This document shows positions 37,589-47,033 of a stretch of 64,000 nucleotides of DNA, piece by piece. Source of the stretch: Planctomycetota bacterium (GTDB lineage: Bacteria > Planctomycetota > PLA2 > JAEUHO01); assembly GCA_965222115.1 (NCBI GenBank), contig CBDCTJ010000007.1, positions 64,001 to 128,000 of the forward strand. The letters run 5' to 3'. Under the pieces are notes generated by a model that was not told where the DNA came from, ran no database searches, and saw nothing but the letters and a program-made list of their open reading frames with translations. The translations under genes and the position numbers were made by a program. Position 1 is the stretch's first letter, and every line of letters begins with the position of its first letter.

Positions 37589-38926
37589 CTACTCGATCTC
37601 GACGAGTTCCAAGCGTTCGCCTTCGTCATCTTCCTCGAGGATCAAGCCGATCCCCGGTGCGTACGTCTTGATCTCGTGGGTGCCGGGCTCGAGAGGCGTA
37701 AAGTCTCGCGTGCGCAAGCAGTTCGTGTAGCTCCCTTGATCAATCATCTCGGACGCGCCAATTTCGACAATCGTGGCCATGTCTTCCGCTTCACCTTCGT
37801 AGAACTCCTGGCGATAGGTGACGCCCACGATGGGATTGGCAAACATAAGTACACCCGCTTCAGCACCATCCACGCCGGCCTCCCACGAGCCTTCCGTACT
37901 GACCAGCACACCATTCTCGTAGTCTTTGGAATCCTCACCCAAGTACCAGACGTTGCCAAACCGGTCTAAGGCAAACCAATCGTCGGTGTCCTCGACGAGT
38001 TCGCCATCCAAGGTGACCACGTCGTTCACAACAAAGCACGTTACGCCCAGAATGGACCTGGTTTCGTTCGTAACCTCGACGCGTACGGTTTCGATGCCAT
38101 CATCGGTCTCGATCTCATAGGTCTTTACGTTACCCGGTTCAAGCGGAAGATACGGGTTGCTCCCGGGATTGTTGAAGTTGCTCGGATCAAAGGGCGGATT
38201 GTAGTGAAGCTCAATGAGCTCCAGTCGAATGCCGTCTTCATCGACTTCAAGCACGGGACCAATCCCGGGGGCGTAGTACTTCTCTTCAATCACACCGGGA
38301 TCCAGTGGCGTGAAATCTTCGGTCAACACGCAGTTGTCAAAGGGGCGAAGTGGCGTCGACACGTCTTCGCCGAGCGCAATCACGCGACCGCGGTCTTCAG
38401 CCACACCCGGAGCCGACTCCTGAGCATACTCTGTGGGCGGTGTGGGATTGTTCATCATGATGATGCCTGCCGTAGCGCCATCGACGCCGGCTTCCCACGA
38501 CCCTTCGGTGCTTACGAGGATTCCGTTCTCATAGTCTTTGCTGTCCTCGCCCATATACCAGACGTTGCCCGCGGCATCTTGCGCATACCAATCGAGCGTG
38601 TCTTCGATGAGTTCACCGTCCAGGTACTCCACGGCGTGTACTACAACGCACGGTACGCCCAGGATCACTTTCGTATCGTTCGTAACGGTGACATCCACCC
38701 GCTCGACACCTTCGTCGGTGCCCTTCTCCATGACCCAGCGCCACCCGGGCCGCAGTGGAAAGTATTCGTTGTCGATGGCATCGCCGACAAAATTGGCGGG
38801 ATCAAATGCCAGTACAAGCACGTTACTCGGCGGGCTCTTCTTTTTTCCGCCGTGTTTGCAGGCACTGATTGCCCCAAGGGAGATGGCCGCCAACAGAGCG
38901 GCACTGACAATGGTTGGTAATCGCAT
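37589..38926 (-). CDS. Lipoprotein with two tandem copies of an acidic beta-rich domain
   Basis: Lipobox LGAISAC-K; duplicated unit ..YFPL.PG..ILGV.C.VV..LDGEL.EDT.DW.A.D..GNVWY.GEDSKDYENG.LVSTEGSWEAGVDGA..AED..T.DFTPL.PG..YAPGIG.. Confidence 0.85.
   Translation of the reverse strand: MRLPTIVSAALLAAISLGAISACKHGGKKKSPPSNVLVLAFDPANFVGDAIDNEYFPLRPGWRWVMEKGTDEGVERVDVTVTNDTKVILGVPCVVVHAVEYLDGELIEDTLDWYAQDAAGNVWYMGEDSKDYENGILVSTEGSWEAGVDGATAGIIMMNNPTPPTEYAQESAPGVAEDRGRVIALGEDVSTPLRPFDNCVLTEDFTPLDPGVIEEKYYAPGIGPVLEVDEDGIRLELIELHYNPPFDPSNFNNPGSNPYLPLEPGNVKTYEIETDDGIETVRVEVTNETRSILGVTCFVVNDVVTLDGELVEDTDDWFALDRFGNVWYLGEDSKDYENGVLVSTEGSWEAGVDGAEAGVLMFANPIVGVTYRQEFYEGEAEDMATIVEIGASEMIDQGSYTNCLRTRDFTPLEPGTHEIKTYAPGIGLILEEDDEGERLELVEIE
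37592..38805 (-). repeat. Intragenic tandem duplication, period about 612 bp (about 204 aa)
   Basis: ACGCCGGC.TCCCACGA.CCTTC.GT occurs near 37872 and 38484; CCAGACGTTGCC occurs in both copies. Confidence 0.85.
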
Positions 38927-39187
38927 GATGTGGTTCTCCTGTCACATGGACAACAGGAGCGTGACGACTCATGCTTAGGAGACCCTTGGGATCTCCCGGC
39001 GTGCTGCGATCTACACCAGATTGGCCGCGATTGCCAAAAGGCGATCCTCAGTTACGCTGAACGAAGAGGGTGCAGTTCTGTGCCAAGCACGACGAAGTAC
39101 CCCATGCGTCTTGGTGCCTGGCACCACGATGTACCCTGTGACCCGAATTCGCTCGCGGGGACGTTGGCGTGCTTGGTACCCGAGGGG

Positions 39188-39796
39188 ATGCCTATGACCG
39201 CACTTCGATACATACTCGTCGTTCTGTTAGTCACGGTGCCCGTCGTAATCGAGTTGGCTTCACGTATCGCACCGGCAGTTGAGCACTTCCGTGCCGCCAA
39301 TGCCTATTTTGAGGTTCAGGGAGAGGTGCTGCACAAGTACAACGCAATTCGCAAGGAAGCGGATGAAGAACATGCACGATTACAAGAAGCAATCGATAAG
39401 AAAAATCGTGAGCTTGCAATCGCCAACGAGAATCTTCGTAAGGCCATCGCAGCACGAGACGTAGCGAAGAAGGCGGCGGACGCCGCAGGCGAATCAAGCG
39501 ATGATCTCAAGCGCATACTTCAAAGGGTTTATGAGAGGAGCCAATTTGCAGTACGGCTGGGCGCGATTCAGAGCGTCAACGTCGATACGAGCACGGTCGT
39601 GGTCTCTATCGATGCCTCTATCAAGAAGGGTTCAACGCCACGCAAGGGCCTTACGTACGCCATCAAGCGCTCGGATGTAATGCTTACGCAAGCGACGTGC
39701 TTATCGATTGATGAATCCTCATGCGTCATGCAACCGGTCAATGAGGGTGCAGTGGAAGCGATTCGTGTGGGCGATATCGTCTACTCGAAGGACTAA
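39188..39796 (+). CDS. Hypothetical membrane-anchored coiled-coil protein with a small C-terminal beta domain
   Basis: GAGGGG RBS; N-terminal TM; heptad-like region; ends AIRVGDIVYSKD; stop overlaps the moaA stop. Confidence 0.6.
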   Translation: MPMTALRYILVVLLVTVPVVIELASRIAPAVEHFRAANAYFEVQGEVLHKYNAIRKEADEEHARLQEAIDKKNRELAIANENLRKAIAARDVAKKAADAAGESSDDLKRILQRVYERSQFAVRLGAIQSVNVDTSTVVVSIDASIKKGSTPRKGLTYAIKRSDVMLTQATCLSIDESSCVMQPVNEGAVEAIRVGDIVYSKD

Positions 39797-40809
39797 CCGC
39801 CAATATAGGACATCTCAATCTTGGGGAGGTCGTCGGTGTCGTCGCTGCGGCGCTCGGAATAGCGGTCATCGCGCGCGCGCCAGAGCTCGACGAGAAACGC
39901 ATGGAGCGGCTCATCGTCGTTGGACGTGCGCAGCACGTGGCGCAGGTCGTGTCCAGCAGATGCAAAAAGGCACGTGTAAAGTTTGCCATCGGCAGAAAGA
40001 CGCAAGCGCGTGCATGCACCACAAAACGGCTGCGTGACGCTTGAGATGAAGCCGACTTCCGAGGTGATGCCGTTCCACGTGTAGGACCAGCGCTTGGCGA
40101 CTTCGCCACCGTAGGCGGGCTCAAGCGGTTCAAGCGTGGCCGTCTTACGCAAATGCTGAATCAAGGTCGCGCTGGGAACGACACGCGCCACGTCCCAGCC
40201 GTTGGTCGTGCCCACGTCCATGAACTCAATGAACCGCACCGTAACCGGTCGATCGTGGAAGTGGCGAATCATGGGTTCCACGTCCATGTCATTTACGCCG
40301 CGCATCACCACCGTATTGATCTTTAGTGGTGCGAGTCCTTGGTGCAGCGCTTCGTCGATGCCGTCAAGAATCGTCGAGACGGGGATGGACGTGTCCGAGA
40401 TTGAGGCGAAGCGAACCGGATCGAGTGTGTCGAGGCTTACGGTGACGCGCCGAAGGCCCGCATTCTTAAGATCACGCGCATGACGCGCCAACAGGGCGCC
40501 ATTGGTCGTCAGGGCGACATCGCGCAGTCCCTTGATGCTTGCAAGACGCTCAACCAACGCGGGCAGATCCCTGCGAATGAGCGGTTCGCCCCCCGTGAGG
40601 CGCACCTTTTCGACGCCTTGGTCCACCGCGACGCGAGCGAAGCGCGCAATCTCGTCATACGTAAGAAGCTCGGTGCGTGGCAAAAACGCAAAGTCGGGCC
40701 CGAAATGACTGCGCGGCATGCAATAGGTGCAGCGCAGATTGCAACGATCCGTAACCGAGATCCGTAGATCGCGAAGGGGTCGTTGGCGTTGATCGGTGAC
40801 GGCGCCCAC
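39793..40809 (-). CDS. moaA: GTP 3',8-cyclase MoaA
   Basis: LRISVTDRCNLRCTYCMP, LTGGEPL, RFIEFMDVG, PFCGACTRLRLSADGKLYTCLF, C-terminal MSYIGG. Confidence 0.96.
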   Translation of the reverse strand: MGAVTDQRQRPLRDLRISVTDRCNLRCTYCMPRSHFGPDFAFLPRTELLTYDEIARFARVAVDQGVEKVRLTGGEPLIRRDLPALVERLASIKGLRDVALTTNGALLARHARDLKNAGLRRVTVSLDTLDPVRFASISDTSIPVSTILDGIDEALHQGLAPLKINTVVMRGVNDMDVEPMIRHFHDRPVTVRFIEFMDVGTTNGWDVARVVPSATLIQHLRKTATLEPLEPAYGGEVAKRWSYTWNGITSEVGFISSVTQPFCGACTRLRLSADGKLYTCLFASAGHDLRHVLRTSNDDEPLHAFLVELWRARDDRYSERRSDDTDDLPKIEMSYIGG

Positions 40810-41110
40810 ACCCGCATGATCGGAGCGCCTGCGGCACGGTCAAGGGCGGTCCGTGGGATTCGCGAGCCCGGACTATTCATGAAGCGCGCGTAGAGGGGTC
40901 ACCAAAAATTCGTCCGGATGCCATTGGCGGCCCAAACTTCGTACCGCTCGGCAACTACAATACGTTCTCGCGAAGGATTCGGATTCAAGGTCGAAGCGGT
41001 GGTTCCGAGGCGATGCAAAAAGAGCATCGTCGAGTGGTTCTCCGCAAAGAGATTGGATTCGAAGACCAGCGAGAACCGCGCGACTTGTGTCAATTCATGA
41101 GTAGTCTGGG

Positions 41111-43252
41111 CTAAGGATTGCGATCGGTGAGTGTGACCGTGGACGAACCTGTGTCACTGGCGCGGACGGTGACCGGCATATCGACGGCGCGTACACGACA
41201 TACACCACCATCTTCCGCATCCGTACACACGTAGTAGACCCATTGAACGATGAGCTTGTGGTCGCCGGGGACCATCGCCTTCAGCGAACCCTGAGCACGA
41301 CCGGATTCGAATGCACCGATTGAAAGAACCTCACCGTTGGCCGCTTTGACTCGCCATCTCGCAGGCGCCCCGGGCGTGAGCTTCCAGCCCAGCGGCACGT
41401 CGATAGTGAGCGCAAGTGTCCACGGTGTCCCCGCCTTTACGTCGAGACGACCACCCAAAACATCAGCCACGCTCGGCAGCACGGGCCACGGCGATGTGGG
41501 TACCACGGCTGAGCGAGCGGCATGCGACATAGGAATCGGAACATCTCTGAGAACCAACGTCGTCACATCGCCCGTCTTTGTGTCGATTCGTCGTATGGCA
41601 TGGTTGTTGGTGTCGGCAACGTAGAGCTCGTGACCGTTGGCAGCAATGCCGCCGGGATCATCGAACTGGGCGAAAGTTGTTGTACGCACGCCTTTGCGAT
41701 TCGCGTGGCCGGGCTTGCCGTTGCCCCAGCGTGTCTTTACGACGCGCGCAATTCCACCGCGAATGCCTACGGCTTTGATCTTGTGGTTGTAGCTGTCGGC
41801 GACATAGAGCACACCGTCGGCAATGGCAACACCGAGCGGATGTTGAAATCGGCGCCCGAGTCCCTTGCCATCCTCATCGCCAAAGTGAAATAGATCGCGC
41901 GGCTTCTTGTTGGCACCCGCCCACGTTTCCACTGGACCGTTAGGAAGTCCAACGCGCACAATACTGCTTGACTCGCTGTCGGCGACGAAGAGCGAACGTC
42001 CATCGGTGGCCAATCCGGAAGGTTGCGCGAACGCAGCGTTCATGAGTGATGCATGGTCAAAACGTTGCTCGTGACCATTTCCGGCCCACGCGCCCACCAT
42101 GCCGGTCTTGAGGTCGAGTCGCCAGAGTTGATGCGTCCCCGCATTGGCTATGACGAGGCCCACACCCGGCACATGCAGCACATCCCACGGATTGGAAAGC
42201 GCCGTCTTGGTCCCGGGACCCTCCGGCACACGCGCGTGTCCTTGTTTACCAGTACCCGCAACGGTACTCACTACGCCCGTCTTGAGATCCACACGTCGCA
42301 ATAGGTGATTCTCGGTGTCGCAAACGTATAGATCGTGCGCACCCACGCGCGTCATGCCCTGCGGCCGAAAGAACTGTGCCGTAGGTCCATCGCTGCTCTC
42401 GGGTCCCCCATCGCGGCGCCCGCGTTCTCCATTGCCCCACGCGCGCTTGAACGTTCCGTTCAACCCCAGTTCGACAATGCGATGATGACCGGAGTCGGCA
42501 ACAAACAGACTGCCGCGCTTCGCATCGACGCAGACCTTGCCGGGATAGGAAAGCATGCGCGCGACCTTGGCTTCGCGCGCCAGCTGTATCGGCAGTGGTT
42601 TGGTGTTGAGCTCTCCTATCTTCCGAAACCGTTCCAGCAACACATGCGTGAGCGCATCGAGTTCGCCTCGATTCCCCTCACCAGACAACATGCCGAGGAG
42701 CTTTCCGTTCGGCGTAATGATCGCGAACGTGGGCCACGCGGAGGCGTCGTAGGCACGCCAGATCTTGAAGTCGGCGTCATTGACCACCGGATGATGAATC
42801 TCGTAGCGTGCAATCGCTTCGCGAATGGCGCGATCGTCTTTTTCATGCTCAAACTTGGCGCTATGAACGCCCACCACCGCAAAGGCTTGATCCTTGTATT
42901 TTTTCTCAAGCGCCTCAAGATCGGGCAAGACGTGAATGCAGTTGATGCAGCAGTAGCACCAGAAGTCGAGGACCACGACCTTGCCTTTGAGCGCGCCTCG
43001 CAAGGAAAGAGGCTTCGCCACATTCAACCAACCACGCCCCCCGGTTAGATCGGGAGCGTCGGGTGCCTGAGGCAAGCGCGTATCGACGACTTCCTTAGCC
43101 CACGCCAACGTATCGGCATCGATGGTTGCCTTCTTCGTGCCTGCCATTTTCTGGGCGGCCGCGTCGTCTTGCTTCTTCTCGTCTGCCATCGCACGCTGGA
43201 AAGGAGCCGTACCGATTACGATTACCAACGCTACCCAAGCGAGTCGCAGCAC
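41111..43252 (-). CDS. Exported thioredoxin-like plus NHL-repeat protein (NHLRC2/SOQ1-like)
   Basis: Signal peptide ending AMA-DE; VVLDFWCYCCINCIHVLPDL, GVHSAKF, AWPTF, GEG; NHL repeats LSYPGKV, DSGHHRI, DTENHLLR, FAQPSGL, DSESSSI, FQHPLGV, DSYNHKIK, DTNNHAIR; C-terminal YYVC....GVC domain. Confidence 0.9.
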   Translation of the reverse strand: MLRLAWVALVIVIGTAPFQRAMADEKKQDDAAAQKMAGTKKATIDADTLAWAKEVVDTRLPQAPDAPDLTGGRGWLNVAKPLSLRGALKGKVVVLDFWCYCCINCIHVLPDLEALEKKYKDQAFAVVGVHSAKFEHEKDDRAIREAIARYEIHHPVVNDADFKIWRAYDASAWPTFAIITPNGKLLGMLSGEGNRGELDALTHVLLERFRKIGELNTKPLPIQLAREAKVARMLSYPGKVCVDAKRGSLFVADSGHHRIVELGLNGTFKRAWGNGERGRRDGGPESSDGPTAQFFRPQGMTRVGAHDLYVCDTENHLLRRVDLKTGVVSTVAGTGKQGHARVPEGPGTKTALSNPWDVLHVPGVGLVIANAGTHQLWRLDLKTGMVGAWAGNGHEQRFDHASLMNAAFAQPSGLATDGRSLFVADSESSSIVRVGLPNGPVETWAGANKKPRDLFHFGDEDGKGLGRRFQHPLGVAIADGVLYVADSYNHKIKAVGIRGGIARVVKTRWGNGKPGHANRKGVRTTTFAQFDDPGGIAANGHELYVADTNNHAIRRIDTKTGDVTTLVLRDVPIPMSHAARSAVVPTSPWPVLPSVADVLGGRLDVKAGTPWTLALTIDVPLGWKLTPGAPARWRVKAANGEVLSIGAFESGRAQGSLKAMVPGDHKLIVQWVYYVCTDAEDGGVCRVRAVDMPVTVRASDTGSSTVTLTDRNP

Positions 43253-43317
43253 GTGAACCCTCCATAGACGAAGGTACTCAGTGTACGAAGATAGTGCGGC
43301 GTCCGGGCGCGAAGTGG

Positions 43318-44391
43318 CTACTTATTGTTGCGATAGGGCGCGTGGCAGTCGTTGCAGAGCTTCTTGATCACTTTGAAGTGCTTGTCGGCTGCGTCGACGT
43401 CGCCTGCACGTATGGCTTTTTCCAACGCGATGGCTGCTTCTTCGCTCTTCGTCAACATGACGCGGTAGTCCTCAGAACGCGCCTTCACCTTCTCCAAACG
43501 CGCCATCTCGCGGTAGGTCTCCCAAAGCATGCGCGCTTCGTGGGGCGGGCTCACGTCGGGATGATCGGGAAGCGCCTTCCACTTGAGGTCGCGTGACTCG
43601 GCCAAGTATTCAAACTTCATGGACACATCGACCATGGCCGCCTGCTCGCCCTTGGGCTTTACGCGACTCGGCAAATCTTTATCGGTAACCGACGCAAGTT
43701 CTTTGGCCGTGGGCTGCTTGAATGCGGCCACGTCGCGATACAGCCCTTCGTACTTCGGGCTCGTACCGCTGATCTTCAATCGCTTACGCGCAACGTCGTG
43801 CGAGATGCCGTCGATGGCCATACACGCTTGCATCGATCCCGCGGGACCGCGGTGCTTCCCATGGTGGCAGTGAAAGTACACAGGGCCTTTGGCAACCTGG
43901 ACGGCCTTGATCATACGCAGCGCCTTCTCGCGAGGCACGCCGTCGTAGCCAATGGGTATATGGACATAGCGCAGGCCATACTTGGCGGCGAGTTCAACTT
44001 CGGGTAGCGCACCGTCAACACTGATCACCATCTTGTAGCCAAGCGCTGCCAAGTGCTTGAATGCAATCTCACCCTTCGGCTGAGCGCCTTGGCCGATTCG
44101 CTCGGACCATTTGTGGTAGCGATGAAGGCCCTTGGGGTCGCCGTGATCGTCGTACTCGACACCGGCCACGCGCTCCCTGGCTTTTGACGGATTGGCCTCT
44201 AACGGAATCGCCTTGGACGGCTTCTTCGTCTCGGGCACCGGTTCGGACGGGCTGGTTGCACCCTCTTCGTAGTCAACGTCGCAAGCAATCAAGAGAAACG
44301 CCGCCGCGACCAAGGCCGCCATCATTGGCAGAACCGAGCCCAGGAAGCTGGTGGGCCCTCTGCGTGTCGGATCTGAGGTGCTTGCCAACAT
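43318..44391 (-). CDS. Lipoprotein fusing a Cys-phosphatase/sulfurtransferase-fold domain to a C-terminal cytochrome c'-like domain
   Basis: Lipobox-like FLLIAC-D; VISVDGA, YVHIPIGYDG, P-loop YFHCHHGKHRG (CX5R); helical C-domain ending CNDCHAPYRN (CXXCH). ATG at 44391 with GGAGA RBS. Confidence 0.82.
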   Translation of the reverse strand: MLASTSDPTRRGPTSFLGSVLPMMAALVAAAFLLIACDVDYEEGATSPSEPVPETKKPSKAIPLEANPSKARERVAGVEYDDHGDPKGLHRYHKWSERIGQGAQPKGEIAFKHLAALGYKMVISVDGALPEVELAAKYGLRYVHIPIGYDGVPREKALRMIKAVQVAKGPVYFHCHHGKHRGPAGSMQACMAIDGISHDVARKRLKISGTSPKYEGLYRDVAAFKQPTAKELASVTDKDLPSRVKPKGEQAAMVDVSMKFEYLAESRDLKWKALPDHPDVSPPHEARMLWETYREMARLEKVKARSEDYRVMLTKSEEAAIALEKAIRAGDVDAADKHFKVIKKLCNDCHAPYRNNK

Positions 44392-44562
44392 GACGGTCTC
44401 CGTAGGGACCGTTAGGCAACGCAATCGCCGTACCCAGAAATGGAGGCCGATAAAATGGGGCTTTCAGGCGATGACCGTGCCGCAAAGGTATCAGGTGTCG
44501 CACCGCGGTAACGTCAGAGTGTCACCGACAGCGAATCCATCACCGCTCGGTCAATGCGAGGG

Positions 44563-46746
44563 CTACAGCGACGATTCGATGCTGAGCACCGTCAACTCCC
44601 GCACCGCGCCATCCACGTCGAGCCGGACGGGATCGCCCACACGCTGACCCATCATGGCCTGCGCGATGGGCGTTTGGTAGTTGATGATGCCCTTATCCAA
44701 CTCGGCATCCGGTGGGCCCAGCAAGGTATAGGTCACGATGGAACCGTCGGAGTCCTTGAGTTTTACGCGCGTGCCCACCGACACCGCCTCCGTGCGCACA
44801 ATGTCGGAGGTAATGGGAACCGCACGCGCGATATCGGAACGCAAGATTTCCAGCTTGGCTTCAAGCATGCCCTGCTTCTCGCGCGCGGCGTGATACTCGG
44901 CGTTCTCTTTCAGGTCACCGAATTCGCGCGCGCGTGCGATCTCTGCACGGTTCTTCGGCATATCCTCGTTCTCAAGCTGCTTCTGTTCGGCCTTGAGCTT
45001 TGCCAAGCCTTCGTCGGTCATGTAGAGCGCGCCGGTTGCGGCGGGTGCCTCATCTTCTTGCGCGGCGCCGCCAGACGACTCGCGCATGGCGGAGGGGTGC
45101 GCACGCAATAAGACATTTTGCATCTTCTGCAACGAGCGACCCTTAAGGCCTCGGTTTTGACCCAGCATCACCAGCAAGTGGCGCGCCTTCGTTTCATCCG
45201 AGACGTCGGCCGCTTCTTGAATCAACTTGCAGTTCTTATCGCCCAAGAAATCGACAAGCGACGATACGGCTTTCTTGTCAGTGGCCGATGACTTGCGGCG
45301 CGAACGATACTCAACGGCGTCAAGCACTTTGAGCACGCGCACAACCAACGGATAGGGCTCGTACTCATGCCCTTCCCAGCGATTCTTACGGAGACCCTTC
45401 AAGTACCACGCGTAAAGGTTCGGCAACATCGCAGGCTTTTTGTTGACCGCATCCAGTAACTCGGGCAAGAGCTCGGGCTGCTTGACTTTCTTGAATCCCT
45501 TAGCACCCACCTCGGCCGCCACGGGATCGTCGTCCAACGCGAGCGCTTGAACCATCTTGGGACCTTCGTCGGTGGCGTGCAGCAACGCTTCCAACGCTTG
45601 GCCCCGCGTGAGGTCATCGGGAATGGAGGCGCAGATCTGCGCGGGCTCATGGGCTTCTGCCAAGGCCTGACGAAGACCCGCTTGAGGATCGCGGTCGGTG
45701 AGCGAAGCCAGCGTAAGTTCCCAACCCACACGACCTGCCGGTTCGGGCGTGCGCGCGAGTTCCTTTTCTACGGTTTCGACCAGCACCTTGCGTGCTTCCT
45801 CGTCTTCCTTCACAAGCGCGAGGAAGTCGCGCACGACCTTTTGACGATGAATGTCGGTGGGTGAACGCTTGAGGGCGCGTTCCACTTGCGTGCGAAAGTC
45901 GGCCTGCGCAACGTCGTGAAACTCAAGCACGGGATCACGACCATCGCCCACCTCGAAGCGCGGGTCGAGCAAGGCAGCTTTCTTGGCGGCCTTCCACCAG
46001 GTACTCCATGTGGAGGGCGCAACGGCGTCGGGTACCAGTACGTCTTTGATGTTCTTGAGACGCGCGCGACTGTTGTAGCGCAGCAGCCCCTGGCGAAGCA
46101 TCTCAAGCGGCTCTGTCTTCGCACGCGCGCGAAGGCCTCGCGGTTCAATCATGGCCTGCACGCGAATGTCGTCTTCTTCCAAACGCTCAAGCAACTTTGC
46201 CGCAAGCTCAATATCCATCTCGTGACCGGGACGCGTACGAAAGTCAATCACACACCGTCCGCGATCGGGCAGATACTCAACGATCTTTCCCACGCCCCAA
46301 CCCGACTTATGGAAAACATAAACGCCAGATTGAATACGTAGCAGCCGCTCCAGATTTCGAATCGACTCGGGCACATCACTCGTCACATCGAGTACGCCGC
46401 TGAGATCAAGCATGGATTCCAAATCGGCGCGCTCGGCATACGCCTCACGTGCAATTGAAATCACGGCGGGACGAATTGTCAGATTCTCCGGCGCCAGTTC
46501 AGCAAGCTTGGCAAACACACCGATGGTGTCGCCCTGACGACCCTGTTCGGTGAGTCCTTCGAGCAACATCTCCAGCAGTGCGACGGCGTGTCGCTTCCCG
46601 CCGGGCTGCCGAGCCGACAGATCTGCCGCGTCGATAAACGGTGCAAGGTTCTCGGGCGACAATTCGACCATCTGCATCCAGAGGTCACGTGTGCCATCGA
46701 TGTCCTTCGCAAGAATCGCGCGTCGAACGTCTTCCCATCGGGCCAT
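44563..46746 (-). CDS. greA: Transcription elongation factor GreA with a long N-terminal extension
   Basis: C-terminal YMTDEGL..EIARAREFGDLKENAEYHAARE..INYQTPIAQAMMG; about 570-aa N-extension containing YVFHKSGWGVGKI and WSTWW. Confidence 0.9.
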   Translation of the reverse strand: MARWEDVRRAILAKDIDGTRDLWMQMVELSPENLAPFIDAADLSARQPGGKRHAVALLEMLLEGLTEQGRQGDTIGVFAKLAELAPENLTIRPAVISIAREAYAERADLESMLDLSGVLDVTSDVPESIRNLERLLRIQSGVYVFHKSGWGVGKIVEYLPDRGRCVIDFRTRPGHEMDIELAAKLLERLEEDDIRVQAMIEPRGLRARAKTEPLEMLRQGLLRYNSRARLKNIKDVLVPDAVAPSTWSTWWKAAKKAALLDPRFEVGDGRDPVLEFHDVAQADFRTQVERALKRSPTDIHRQKVVRDFLALVKEDEEARKVLVETVEKELARTPEPAGRVGWELTLASLTDRDPQAGLRQALAEAHEPAQICASIPDDLTRGQALEALLHATDEGPKMVQALALDDDPVAAEVGAKGFKKVKQPELLPELLDAVNKKPAMLPNLYAWYLKGLRKNRWEGHEYEPYPLVVRVLKVLDAVEYRSRRKSSATDKKAVSSLVDFLGDKNCKLIQEAADVSDETKARHLLVMLGQNRGLKGRSLQKMQNVLLRAHPSAMRESSGGAAQEDEAPAATGALYMTDEGLAKLKAEQKQLENEDMPKNRAEIARAREFGDLKENAEYHAAREKQGMLEAKLEILRSDIARAVPITSDIVRTEAVSVGTRVKLKDSDGSIVTYTLLGPPDAELDKGIINYQTPIAQAMMGQRVGDPVRLDVDGAVRELTVLSIESSL

Positions 46747-46891
46747 ACGGGCAGCTCCTTTGAAGCCGGAAAATGTTTTGGAAGCAAACGCCGAGGCGGA
46801 CAAACCGTGCCCACCATGTGGATGGTGGAACAGCGATCCGCTCAGCGAGCGTGGCGTGCCTCTGCAGCGGTCGCAGTGACACGGGCACACG

Positions 46892-46966
46892 TGGTACGCC
46901 CAAGAGGACTCGAACCCCTATCCCCGGCTCCGGAGGCCGGTGCTCTATCCATTGAGCTATGGGCGC
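46892..46966 (-). tRNA. tRNA-Arg(CCG)
   Basis: GCGCCCA TA GCTC..GAGC A CCGGC CT-CCG-GA GCCGG..AGGGG TTCGAGT CCTCT TGGGCGT A CCA: full cloverleaf with encoded CCA. Confidence 0.97.
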
Positions 46967-47033
46967 GGGACCCCGCGTTCGCCGTGGATTATTGATGAAT
47001 CGCGTGGGCTTGCGTCGTTCAGCGCGAGTGCGA

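Noticed and set aside
39793-39796. 4-bp convergent stop overlaps (also 62441-62444)
   Set aside because: A common compact-genome arrangement with no special meaning.
40810-41110. Possible Moco riboswitch or small ORF upstream of moaA
   Set aside because: I could not identify the motif's conserved stems by eye, and the ORFs of 60-64 aa have no support. Needs an Infernal scan.
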